Positions 9,632 through 19,074 of a DNA stretch of 62,999 nt are shown one piece after another. Location: the NCBI GenBank assembly GCA_948433085.1, contig CAOJDP010000004.1, positions 1 through 62,999 of the forward strand. Direction: 5' to 3'. This DNA is from an uncultured Bacillales bacterium (GTDB lineage: Bacteria > Bacillota_I > Bacilli_A > RF39 > UBA660). The notes under the pieces were generated by a model, which saw nothing but the letters and a program-made list of their open reading frames with translations, searched no databases and was not told the DNA's origin. How positions within the stretch are numbered: position 1 is the first letter of the stretch; every line of letters starts with the position of its first letter. A program made the position numbers and the translations under genes.

Positions 9632-12580
9632 ATGTATCTAAAAAAGATGATTGCAAGTGGATTTAAGTCATTTGCAGATAAAATAACAATAGATTTTACA
9701 GAAGGGATTACTGGAATAGTAGGGCCTAATGGCTCAGGAAAAAGCAATGTAGTAGATGGTGTAAGATGGGTTTTGGGAGAACAATCTGTAAAATCTCTTC
9801 GTGGAGATGGGAATATGACAGATGTTATTTTCTCAGGGAGCAAATCTAGAAATGCTTTAAATGTAGCCTCCGTAACTTTGGTTTTTGATAATAGCGATCG
9901 TTATATTCCTGGTTATTATGATGAAATTTCTATTCAAAGAAGAGTCTATAAAGATGGTACCAATGAGTATTCTATCAATAATGAAAAATGTAGACTCAAA
10001 GATATCGTGGATTTATTATTGGATACAGGAATGGCCAAAGAAAGTTTTAATATCATATCCCAAGGAAAAATAGAAGAAATTATCAGTAGTAAACCAAGTG
10101 ATAGAAGAATCATCTTTGAAGAAGCAGCCAATGTACTTAAATATAGAAAAAGAAAAGAAGAAGCGTTACGAAAGTTAGAAAGAACACACGAAAATATGAC
10201 GCGTGTAGATGATATTGTAGATGAGCTTACAAAACAAATAGAGCCACTCAAAAAGCAACATGATGAAGCAATCATTTACCAAGAAAAAATGGAGCAACTA
10301 GAAAAAGTAGAAATCGCTTTAATTGTTAAGGATGTTACCAACTTAAATTATGAATATCAAAGAAATAAAGCAAGAATTACAGAATTAAACGAAGAAATTT
10401 TGAAAGTTACAACTGAGCATAGTGCTTCTGAAGCAAAAATAGAAGAATATAGAACAAAAATTCAAAAATTAGAGATGGAAAATGCAGAATGTCAAAAACG
10501 TTTATTAGAAGAAACAACAAAAGTAGAAAAAATCAATAGCGAAAAAACAATTTTATTAGAGCGAAAAAAATATGAAGTAGAAGACCAAAAATTACATGAC
10601 AATCTTTTGCATTTAAAAGAACAACAACTCAAATTAGAAAGTGATATTCATACATTGGAAACAGAAATTGTTTCCCTTCAAAATGAAGTTGAAACGCAAA
10701 AAGCAAATGTCAAAAAAATAGAGGAAAATTATCAAGCACATAAAACAAAAAGAGAACAAGTAGAAAAAAGATTAACAAATTGTTTACGTGAAAAAGCAAA
10801 CTTGGAGTATACCATTCGTCATTTACAAGAAAGTATAGAACGAGGATCTACTTTGCCTTATGCAATACGTTCTATTTTAGATAATCCAAAGCTAGTAGGC
10901 ATTCATAATGCGATTGGGAATTTAATCGAAGTAGAAGAAACCTATGCGACTGCAATTAATACTTCATTGGGTTATGCATCCACTTATTTAGTCGTAGATA
11001 CAGAAGCATCTGCAAAAAGTGCGATTACTTATTTGAAACAAAATAATATTGGAAGAGCAACTTTTTTCCCAATTTCTGTCATTTTGCCTAAAGCAATAGA
11101 GCCAACCATCTTACAGATAATAAAAAAAGAACCAGGTTTTATTGGAATTGCATCTGATTTAATTCAATGTAATCCAATCTATCTCAATATTATGAAAAAT
11201 CAACTTGGAAATGTCGTAGTAGCAAAAGATATGGATTCCGCAACAATCATCAGTAAAAAAATAGAACATCGGTATAAAATTGTTACCTTAGAAGGAGAAT
11301 TATTACATGTTGGAGGTTCACTAACAGGAGGAAATAGTAAGAGTAATAAAAGCATTCTAACTGAAAAATATGAATTAGAACACGCTTTGCTACAACAAAA
11401 AGATTTCATTCAACAAACAGAAACCCTAGAAGATACCATCAATACATTAGACGATGAATGCCGTTCATTAGAGGATAAATTATATGTAGAGAATAAATCC
11501 CTACTTTCAATTCAAGAAATCTGTACCCAAAAAGGAAATTTACTATCTGATTTTCAAAAACGTTTTCAAACAATTTGTCAAGAAATTAGTGGAACATCTC
11601 ATATATTAGATGGCAGTTTAAGCAAAGAAGAAGAGACTATACTATCCGAATATTATCAAGCTTTAGAACAGATGCAAAAAACAGAAATTCATTTAAAAGA
11701 ACTCCAAAATCAGAAAGAAAGCTTTACTAACGATTTACAGGATTTTGAATTTTCATTGAAACAAGAAAATAATGCATTTTACACAAAAAACAAAGAATTG
11801 AAAACATTAGAAATTGAAGTCAATCGTATGGATGTTAAGTTAGATCATTTACTCATAAAGTTAAATGAAACCTATAGTATTACGTATGAAAAAGCAGTCA
11901 CAATGTACGAATTAGACATGGATCTTGAAGAAGCAAGAGAACTTGTAAATGCGTTAAAAAGAACAATTCGAGATTTAGGAACTGTAAATTTAGGAGCAAT
12001 AGAGGAATATGAAAGAGTCAATGAAAGGTATTCTTTCTTGATGCATCAAAAAGAAGATTTAACCAATGCAGAAAATACGTTATTAGATATTATTGCAGAA
12101 ATGGATGCTGTCATGAAAAGTGAATTTGCAAAAACCTTTGAAATGATTAATCAAAATTTTGAAGAAACATTTCAAGAATTATTCAAAGGAGGAACTGCAA
12201 CTTTAAAATTGACAGACCCTGATCACCTCTTAGAAACAGGTATTGAAATTGTAGCATCACCTCCAGGTAAAAAATTGACGAGTATTTCTTTACTGTCTGG
12301 TGGAGAAAAAACATTTACAGCAATTAGTTTACTGTTTGCAATTTTAAAATCAAGACCAGTTCCTTTTTGTATTCTAGATGAAGTAGAAGCTGCTTTAGAT
12401 GAAGTAAATGTGGATAGTTTTGGAGAATATTTAATGCATTTAAAAGAAAAAACACAGTTTATTTTAATTACCCATAAAAAGAGAACAATGGAATATGCAG
12501 ATGTCTTATATGGGATTACAATGCAAGAATCTGGAGTTAGTAAATTAGTAAGTGTAAAATTAGAAGAAATTGGAAAATAG
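9632..12580 (+). CDS. smc: Chromosome partition protein Smc (short form, ~980 aa)
   Basis: N-terminal Walker A (GPNGSGKSN), long coiled coils, a hinge, and C-terminal LSGGEKTFTAISLLFA...LDEVEAALD. The ATG at 9632 follows AAGGTGA; the track start at 9623 is a GTG within the RBS. Confidence 0.92.
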   Translation: MYLKKMIASGFKSFADKITIDFTEGITGIVGPNGSGKSNVVDGVRWVLGEQSVKSLRGDGNMTDVIFSGSKSRNALNVASVTLVFDNSDRYIPGYYDEISIQRRVYKDGTNEYSINNEKCRLKDIVDLLLDTGMAKESFNIISQGKIEEIISSKPSDRRIIFEEAANVLKYRKRKEEALRKLERTHENMTRVDDIVDELTKQIEPLKKQHDEAIIYQEKMEQLEKVEIALIVKDVTNLNYEYQRNKARITELNEEILKVTTEHSASEAKIEEYRTKIQKLEMENAECQKRLLEETTKVEKINSEKTILLERKKYEVEDQKLHDNLLHLKEQQLKLESDIHTLETEIVSLQNEVETQKANVKKIEENYQAHKTKREQVEKRLTNCLREKANLEYTIRHLQESIERGSTLPYAIRSILDNPKLVGIHNAIGNLIEVEETYATAINTSLGYASTYLVVDTEASAKSAITYLKQNNIGRATFFPISVILPKAIEPTILQIIKKEPGFIGIASDLIQCNPIYLNIMKNQLGNVVVAKDMDSATIISKKIEHRYKIVTLEGELLHVGGSLTGGNSKSNKSILTEKYELEHALLQQKDFIQQTETLEDTINTLDDECRSLEDKLYVENKSLLSIQEICTQKGNLLSDFQKRFQTICQEISGTSHILDGSLSKEEETILSEYYQALEQMQKTEIHLKELQNQKESFTNDLQDFEFSLKQENNAFYTKNKELKTLEIEVNRMDVKLDHLLIKLNETYSITYEKAVTMYELDMDLEEARELVNALKRTIRDLGTVNLGAIEEYERVNERYSFLMHQKEDLTNAENTLLDIIAEMDAVMKSEFAKTFEMINQNFEETFQELFKGGTATLKLTDPDHLLETGIEIVASPPGKKLTSISLLSGGEKTFTAISLLFAILKSRPVPFCILDEVEAALDEVNVDSFGEYLMHLKEKTQFILITHKKRTMEYADVLYGITMQESGVSKLVSVKLEEIGK

Positions 12581-12736
12581 TTTTTTCATTTTAATAAAAA
12601 ATAATATAATCAAAATGTAAGGATGCTTATCATATCCAAATTTTTAAACTTACAATCTTTACATTTTTTGTACATATAATGTTATTTAACACAAAAGGTT
12701 ACATAAATAATTATTGATAGAAAGAAGTATTACAAG

Positions 12737-12838
12737 ATGGAAAAAATAAAAAAATGGTTTGAAAATAATAAAAAAACAATTGGACGGATAATAATTCTAA
12801 TTGGTATCGTTGTTGCTTGTGCAATAAATTTATTATAA
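12737..12838 (+). CDS. Possible 33-aa small membrane peptide
   Basis: MEKIKKWFENNKKTIGRIIILIGIVVACAINLL*: a basic N-terminus followed by one hydrophobic helix. Below the ORF-track cutoff, with a weak RBS. Confidence 0.2.
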   Translation: MEKIKKWFENNKKTIGRIIILIGIVVACAINLL

Positions 12839-13002
12839 AAACTTACAATTCAAAATTGTATTATGTTAAAAAAAAGACAAAGCAGATAAAAGCTTTGAAT
12901 AGCTTTAGTGCACTTCTTTTTTTAATACAGGAGATAAACAAATAATTTTAAAAGCGCTATAAATTTTTATGTTTAACATTATATATGTTATAATTTATTA
13001 AG

Positions 13003-13410
13003 GTGAGTTCAGTGAAAAAAACAATAAAAGTAGTTGCAGCTTTCATCATAAAAGATGAAAAAGTATTACTAGCAAAGCGATCAACAGGAGATAAAGAAAT
13101 ATTAGGTAAATGGGAATTTCCAGGCGGTAAAGTAGAACCAGGAGAATCTGAAACAAATGCTATTGAAAGAGAAATAAAAGAAGAGTTTGAATTAGAAATT
13201 AAAGCAGAAGAATTTATAACAAATAATGTATGTGAATATCCTATGAAAATAGTGGATTTAAAATTATATAGGTGTAAATATATTTCAGGTAAATTTCATT
13301 TACATGACCATTCAGAATATAAATACATAAATTTAAAAGATCTATTAAATTATGACTTAGCACCAGCAGATATACCTTTAGCGAAATATGTTAAGGAGAT
13401 GACACAATGA
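13003..13410 (+). CDS. Nudix hydrolase (MutT-type NTP pyrophosphohydrolase)
   Basis: Canonical Nudix box GKWEFPGGKVEPGESETNAIEREIKEEFELEI. Extended -10 promoter (TGTTATAAT) just upstream. A GTG at 13012 is an alternative start. Confidence 0.85.
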   Translation: MSSVKKTIKVVAAFIIKDEKVLLAKRSTGDKEILGKWEFPGGKVEPGESETNAIEREIKEEFELEIKAEEFITNNVCEYPMKIVDLKLYRCKYISGKFHLHDHSEYKYINLKDLLNYDLAPADIPLAKYVKEMTQ

Positions 13411-14384
13411 AGTTTTGGCTTGTTAATCAAGGAAGATCTTTTGAAAATGAGCTAAAAGGAGGCTTTATATATGCCCCCAAAAATAACAAGTATGGATCAA
13501 CTTTCGCTCATTGGCAAAATGTTAAAAATGTAAAAAAAGGTGATATAATATTTTGCAATAAAAAAGGAAATATTATGGCGATAGGAATAGCTATGAGTAA
13601 TGGTTATGAAGGTGTAATTCCTGATGCAATCAAAGGAATTTGGAATGATGAAGGTTTTATGGTGGATATAGATTATCATAAATTAACAAAACCCTTTCAA
13701 TTTAGCAATTATAAAAATGAATATATGTTAAACATAGAAACTAGTAAGAATCCTTTTACAGTAAAAGGTACAGCTAAAATGGGATACTTATTTCCTATGG
13801 AAAAATATATAGCTGAGTTTTTTTTGAAAAAAATTAAAGATAAAAATATTAATAAAATGATTCATGCATATACTTCTTCTACATCAAATGAAATGGAAGA
13901 AGTAGCAGAAGAATATGAACAATTTGAAAGAATTAGCCGTGGTCTTGTAAAAGGATACAGTGAATCAGAGATAAAAGCTTTAGAAAAAAAAACATATACT
14001 TATGAAAATAAACTGGATAAAGAAAAAGCAATTAGAGAAGAAACAGATCCCAAATTAAAAGTAACAAGAATGGAATTGGCTAATTATAATTGTGAAATGA
14101 ATTGTAATCATAAAACATTTACATGTGTATCAGGAAAACACCAATATTTAGAATGTCATCATATTATTCCCTTAAATGCACAAAAAGATTTTATTCATAT
14201 AAAACTAGATAGTATGTTCAATATGATTGCCATATGCCCATTATGCCATAGAAAAGTGCACTATGCAGTTAAAGAAGAAAAGGAAAAATTATTTATACAA
14301 ATGTATCAAAAAAGAAAAAATGAAATGTTAAAATATGGTTTTGATTTCAATCAGATAATCAAAATATTTAATAAATATTATTAA
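13407..14384 (+). CDS. HNH endonuclease with an N-terminal PUA-like (EVE/ASCH-like) domain; likely a modification-dependent nuclease
   Basis: C-terminal HNH motif (LECHHIIPL...NMIAICPLCHRKVHY) with Cys pairs. The N-terminal ~140 aa show the pattern FWL....(W.NV..VKKGDIIF....GNIMAIG) that I associate with PUA-like reader domains. 4-nt ATGA overlap with the Nudix gene. Confidence 0.72.
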   Translation: MKFWLVNQGRSFENELKGGFIYAPKNNKYGSTFAHWQNVKNVKKGDIIFCNKKGNIMAIGIAMSNGYEGVIPDAIKGIWNDEGFMVDIDYHKLTKPFQFSNYKNEYMLNIETSKNPFTVKGTAKMGYLFPMEKYIAEFFLKKIKDKNINKMIHAYTSSTSNEMEEVAEEYEQFERISRGLVKGYSESEIKALEKKTYTYENKLDKEKAIREETDPKLKVTRMELANYNCEMNCNHKTFTCVSGKHQYLECHHIIPLNAQKDFIHIKLDSMFNMIAICPLCHRKVHYAVKEEKEKLFIQMYQKRKNEMLKYGFDFNQIIKIFNKYY

Positions 14385-14428
14385 AAAAAGATGAAAAATG
14401 AATTAAAAAGAAAAAGGAGGCAAAATGT

Positions 14429-14662
14429 ATGAGAGAAGTAAAAATTAAAGGTGTTTACAAGCATTATAAGGGAGATTTATATATTGTTGAAGATATAATA
14501 TACCATAGTGAAACAGGAGAAAAAATGGTAGCATATAGAGCTTTATATGGTGATAATAAATTATGGTGTAGACCTTATGATATGTTTATGGATGAAGTAA
14601 ATAAAAATGGTCAAAAGTATAGATTCGAATTACAGGATATAAAAAGTTTAAATGAGGAATAA
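14429..14662 (+). CDS. DUF1653 domain protein
   Basis: 77 aa with the YKHYKGDLY...YRALYGD..LWCRPYDMF signature of DUF1653. Strong RBS AAAAGGAGG. Confidence 0.72.
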   Translation: MREVKIKGVYKHYKGDLYIVEDIIYHSETGEKMVAYRALYGDNKLWCRPYDMFMDEVNKNGQKYRFELQDIKSLNEE

Positions 14663-15427
14663 TTTAAGCCGAAAGCACCCACACAAAATGGATTCCTGTA
14701 ACCACTTCTGGTTTCTGCAAGACTTCTGAAACCTTAATAAGAGAGTATTATAATGCTTTACAATGTAATTCGTTACTCTTTTTATCTGGTTTATAACTCC
14801 GTAAAAAGCAAAAAAAGACTATCATTTTCATCAATATAGTTGAAAAATATAATAGCCTTTTATTCACAAATATCGTAATGAATAACCTTATAAAGAATAT
14901 GAAGGTTATCTTTCTTTTTGATAATTAAAGATTCAAATAAAATTGCTTTTTCATCCACTAAATAAATTTAAAGACAAGTCGTTATAACCTCGTATTTTTC
15001 TGTTATCGTATTTATATAGTTGTAAACTTATTGTAGTTTTAGAAAATATAACTTAGTAAATTGGGAAATTTTAATTATCTAGTTTTTTAGGTTAGCCATT
15101 TTGTCTATCCAATAATAATTATTTTCCAATTGATTCAAGGCATTTTGATTTATTTTTTTCTTTTTAATAACCAATGACCCATTAAGTGTAGAAATATGTT
15201 AGGTATATGTGATTGGTATTAAAAACGAAATATTTAGAATGGATTGCATAGAGAATCACAGTAGTATACCTATAAAAAGGTAGTCCATATTTTTTAGAAA
15301 TGGTGATTAAAAAACTGCTACATCAGATTCTTTCGTATGCAATAATAATACAAACAATAAGTATAATTCGTATAAAAATACTGGTAAAAAGAAAGAAAAT
15401 TTTGTATAATCAGATTAAGGTGAAAAT

Positions 15428-16357
15428 ATGAAAAATAGAATCGTATTAATTGGATGTGGAAATGTAGGGATGAGTTATGCTTATGCACTTCTCAATCAAC
15501 ATACATATGTAGATGAATTAATTTTGATTGACTTAAACAAAGAAAAAATTGAAGGAGAAGCTATGGATTTGAATCATTGTCTTGCTTATAGTCCTTCTAA
15601 GGTAAGAATATATGTAGGAGATTACCAAGACTGTAAAGAAGCTAGAATTGTAGTGATTGCGGCTGGTAGTAATCAAGAAGTAGGAGAAACAAGAATGGAT
15701 TTAATCCATAAAAATAGCCAAATTTTTCAATCAATTATAGAAAATGTGATGCAGTCAGGTTTTGATGGAATCTTTTTAATCGCTACCAATCCTTTAGATG
15801 TAATGACCTGCCTTACGCTTAAATATTCTAAATTACCCCCAAGTAGAGTAATTGGCTCTGGAACTACCTTGGATACTGCTAGGTTACGATATTTAATTAG
15901 TGAAAAAATAAATATATGCCCTAAAGATATTCAAGCTTATGTTATTGGCGAACATGGAGATAGTGAATTTGTAGCTTGGAGTAATGCCAATATTGCCTTA
16001 ACGAGTATTAATGCATTTTTAACCAAAGAAGACCAACAGCAGTTAGAAGAGGAAGTTAAAGACGCTGCCTATGAAATTATTCAAAAAAAAGGTGCAACTT
16101 ACTATGGAATTGGGATGTGTTTGGTAAGAATTACCTCTGCAATTTTAGAAGATAAAAATATTATACTACCAGTTTCTAGTTATGATAAAACCAATCAAGT
16201 TTGTATTTCTACACCCGCTATCGTAAATAAAAATGGTGTTCAAGAAAAAATATTTATACCATTAAATCCTGAAGAAACAGAAAAACTAACCCATTCGATT
16301 GCAATCATAAAAAAAGCATTAGATATAGTAGATGCGACAGGAATTAAAACCAAATAG
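15428..16357 (+). CDS. ldh: L-lactate dehydrogenase
   Basis: GCGNVGMSYAYAL dinucleotide fold, substrate/catalytic region IGEHGDSE, 309 aa. Confidence 0.92.
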   Translation: MKNRIVLIGCGNVGMSYAYALLNQHTYVDELILIDLNKEKIEGEAMDLNHCLAYSPSKVRIYVGDYQDCKEARIVVIAAGSNQEVGETRMDLIHKNSQIFQSIIENVMQSGFDGIFLIATNPLDVMTCLTLKYSKLPPSRVIGSGTTLDTARLRYLISEKINICPKDIQAYVIGEHGDSEFVAWSNANIALTSINAFLTKEDQQQLEEEVKDAAYEIIQKKGATYYGIGMCLVRITSAILEDKNIILPVSSYDKTNQVCISTPAIVNKNGVQEKIFIPLNPEETEKLTHSIAIIKKALDIVDATGIKTK

Positions 16358-16368
16358 GGGTGATAACA

Positions 16369-17265
16369 ATGAATCAAATGCAACATATGATAAAAGAAGT
16401 TTGTGAAAAGAAAAATATCAAATATTCAATTGTGTCTAAAGATTGGATTATGATTTTAGAAAAACAAAATCAAATACGTTATATAGTAGGCTATAAATTT
16501 GATTTAAATAACCATGGAGTAGGATTAATTTGTGACGATAAGTATGCCTTTTATGATGTTTTGAAACAATTTGAATTACCTTTAGTAGAACATAATATTG
16601 TATTTCAAAAATATAATTTTGATGAAATTTTAAACTATGCCAAAAAATATCACTATCACATCGTAGTCAAAAGTAATACAGGAACTTGTGGAAATGATAT
16701 GCATTATGTAAAAGATATCACTACATTAAAGTCAGCAATCAAACAATTGTTACAAAAACATTTTTCTATTAGTTTAAGTCCTTATTATGAAATTAAAACA
16801 GAATATCGATGTATTGTATTAAAGGATAAAGTAGAATTATTTTATGGAAAAAAAAGACCCATTGTGTATGGAGATGGAATCCGTTCCATTTATGAATTAT
16901 TATATGAATTTAATTCCAACTATTTTGAAAAAAAACGAGAAGTAGAGTGGAACAAAGTATTAAACAAAAATGAATTATATGAATACAATTGGCAATTTAA
17001 TTTATCTAAAGGTGCAGTTCCATATTTTGTAAAGGACGAGGTAATTCGTGAACATGTAGAGTCATTGGCTTTAAAGGCTGCAAAGTTACTAAATTTAAAA
17101 TTCGCAAGTATAGATATCATAGAATTGGAAACAGGAGAATTGTTAATTTTAGAGGCTAATAGTGGTGTAATGATGGAAAATTTTATACACTACTTTGAAA
17201 ATGGCCCTAAAATAGCATATTCCATATATGAGAAAGCAGTAGAGGCGATGTTTGAATGTACTTAG
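16369..17265 (+). CDS. ATP-grasp domain protein (RimK-like ligase fold), substrate unknown
   Basis: ~298 aa. Pattern HIVVKSNTGTCGNDM ... ASIDIIELETGELLILEANSGVMM is typical of ATP-grasp C-terminal lobes. The ATG at 16369 follows AGGGGTGA. Confidence 0.6.
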   Translation: MNQMQHMIKEVCEKKNIKYSIVSKDWIMILEKQNQIRYIVGYKFDLNNHGVGLICDDKYAFYDVLKQFELPLVEHNIVFQKYNFDEILNYAKKYHYHIVVKSNTGTCGNDMHYVKDITTLKSAIKQLLQKHFSISLSPYYEIKTEYRCIVLKDKVELFYGKKRPIVYGDGIRSIYELLYEFNSNYFEKKREVEWNKVLNKNELYEYNWQFNLSKGAVPYFVKDEVIREHVESLALKAAKLLNLKFASIDIIELETGELLILEANSGVMMENFIHYFENGPKIAYSIYEKAVEAMFECT

Positions 17266-18074
17266 ATGGTAAAAAAATAAGTGAGAAAATTTTAGAAAAA
17301 ATAAAAAAAGAAGTTGAACAATATAAAGAAAAACCGAAAGTGATTGATATTGTAATTGGTAACGCTTCTGTCAATCAGTTGTATATTAAAAATAAACGAA
17401 AAGCTTGTGAAAAAGTAGGGATCATATTTGAACTAAAATCGTTTGAAGCTAGTGTAAAAGAAGAGGAAATTGTGCAATTTATTCAAACGAAAAATCAAGA
17501 TCAAACAGTACATGCAATGATGATACAATTACCAGTCCCTGAAAGGTTTCAACATGTTATAAATACAATTACACCAAGTAAAGATGTCGATGGATTGACT
17601 TATGAAAGTCAAGTAAAACTCTACAATAATGAACCTACTTTAATTCCTTGTACTCCCAAAGGCATATTAAAAATATTAAAGTATTATAAAATACCAATAC
17701 AAGATAAAAATATTGTAATAATTGGTAGAAGTAATTTAATTGGAAAACCATTAATGCACTTACTATTAAATCAAAATGCGAACATAACAGTATGTCACTC
17801 CAAAACAACCAATTTGTCAAAATATACATTGAAAGCAGATATTATAATTTGTGCTACAAATGCTTCTAATAGCATTCATAAAAATATGGTTTCAAGTGAA
17901 TGTACTCTAATTGATGCAGGAACAAGTTATCAAAATGGGAAGTTAGAAGGCAACGTAGATTTGGATGTATATAACCATGTAAAAGCAATTACTCCAGTAC
18001 CAGGTGGAGTAGGACCAATGACAGTTGCAATGTTTGTAGAAAATATAATGGAGTGTTATTATAAAAACAAGTAA
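17256..18074 (+). CDS. folD: Bifunctional methylenetetrahydrofolate dehydrogenase/cyclohydrolase
   Basis: 272 aa with FolD motifs (DGLT, GRSNLIGKPL, PVPGGVGPMTVAM). Confidence 0.9.
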   Translation: MYLDGKKISEKILEKIKKEVEQYKEKPKVIDIVIGNASVNQLYIKNKRKACEKVGIIFELKSFEASVKEEEIVQFIQTKNQDQTVHAMMIQLPVPERFQHVINTITPSKDVDGLTYESQVKLYNNEPTLIPCTPKGILKILKYYKIPIQDKNIVIIGRSNLIGKPLMHLLLNQNANITVCHSKTTNLSKYTLKADIIICATNASNSIHKNMVSSECTLIDAGTSYQNGKLEGNVDLDVYNHVKAITPVPGGVGPMTVAMFVENIMECYYKNK

Positions 18075-18142
18075 CTTGTTTTTTTTAATGCAATCAAAGG
18101 ATTTTAGAAAAATATGTAGTATGTATTTCATAGAGGTGCTAT

Positions 18143-18874
18143 ATGAATGTTCAAGAACTATACATTAATATGGATGATTCAGGGGTATTACATCAGAATG
18201 AATATTGTTCTATTTATGGAGGACTAATTTTTTTCAGTAAACAGCAGCAAGATGATTTTGGACGTAAATATAAATCTATACTCAATAAAATCAAATGTTG
18301 CTATTGTAAAAGCAATAAACTAAAGTGTTGCCATATCTGTCCTGAAATCAAAGATACTAACATCCATTCCAATCATAAAAGATGGTTATTTAATATGATT
18401 CAAAAAGAAATTTGCTTTGCAGTCGTCATCCATAATCAAAAAATAAAAAAGAGTATAATGGAGAATAAAAATGCGAGAGGGAGATATCGTGATTATGCAC
18501 AAAGACTTCTCATTAAAAGAGTTCTTGAATATTGTATTCAAAATCAATATATCAATCCTTTTTTACCCATTAAATTGATTATTCGTATTGATCAACAAGC
18601 CACCTCTACAGATACACATAGAGAGTTTATTTTTGATATTCAAAAAGAACTTACACAAGGTATGACTAACTTTGAATATCGTATGGTGCATAAACCTATT
18701 TTATATGCAAAGCTAGAAATTGATTTAAAATATGTATTATCGCATAGACACATATCCATTCAAGCATCTGACTTGATAGCAGGGGAAACAAGACATGTTA
18801 TTTTATCGAACATGGATTCTATTACTATGTTAAAAAAATTAGATTACTTGAATATTAAACTCTTTTTACCATAA
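18143..18874 (+). CDS. DUF3800 domain protein
   Basis: N-terminal INMDDSG (the DUF3800 D-E/D-S-G motif) and C-terminal IQASDLIAGE (the Q.aDl.ag motif). RBS GAGGTG. Confidence 0.6.
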   Translation: MNVQELYINMDDSGVLHQNEYCSIYGGLIFFSKQQQDDFGRKYKSILNKIKCCYCKSNKLKCCHICPEIKDTNIHSNHKRWLFNMIQKEICFAVVIHNQKIKKSIMENKNARGRYRDYAQRLLIKRVLEYCIQNQYINPFLPIKLIIRIDQQATSTDTHREFIFDIQKELTQGMTNFEYRMVHKPILYAKLEIDLKYVLSHRHISIQASDLIAGETRHVILSNMDSITMLKKLDYLNIKLFLP

Positions 18875-18977
18875 AAAAGCACTTCTGTAGAAGTGCCCAA
18901 ATAGGGTGTCGTATTTATAATACGATTAAACTCTCGTTCTATCCCTAAATGTAGACCTGACAAGATTTCTCTCCGGT
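18873..18977 (-). ncRNA. Candidate ~105-nt small RNA (unknown family)
   Basis: On the minus strand: TTGACA (19012-19007), a 17-nt spacer, then TATGAT (18989-18984). The transcript would contain a long interrupted hairpin and a CGTAT/ATACG hairpin. It would end at a GC-rich hairpin (GCACTTC-TACA-GAAGTGC) followed by TTTTTT on the minus strand only. There is no ORF. Confidence 0.35.
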
Positions 18978-19074
18978 AACTTTATCATAACATACTGAAT
19001 GCACACTGTCAATTTCTTTTTTGATGTAACGTTAAAAAATATGGTATACTGTTAAAAGAATAGAGGTGCGTTTT

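Noticed and set aside
12646-12850. 11-bp direct repeat AAACTTACAAT (12646 and 12840) as possible att-like flanks of the Nudix/HNH cassette
   Set aside because: Both copies lie upstream of the cassette and do not bracket it. A repeat this short in AT-rich DNA is expected by chance.
18930-18965. Possible SRP (4.5S/scRNA) identity for the minus-strand sRNA candidate, because it contains UGUCAGGUC as in SRP domain IV
   Set aside because: The rest of the conserved domain IV is absent. The apical loop is CAUU rather than GNRA, and the 3' strand reads GAUAGA rather than AGCA. The 9-nt match is probably coincidental.
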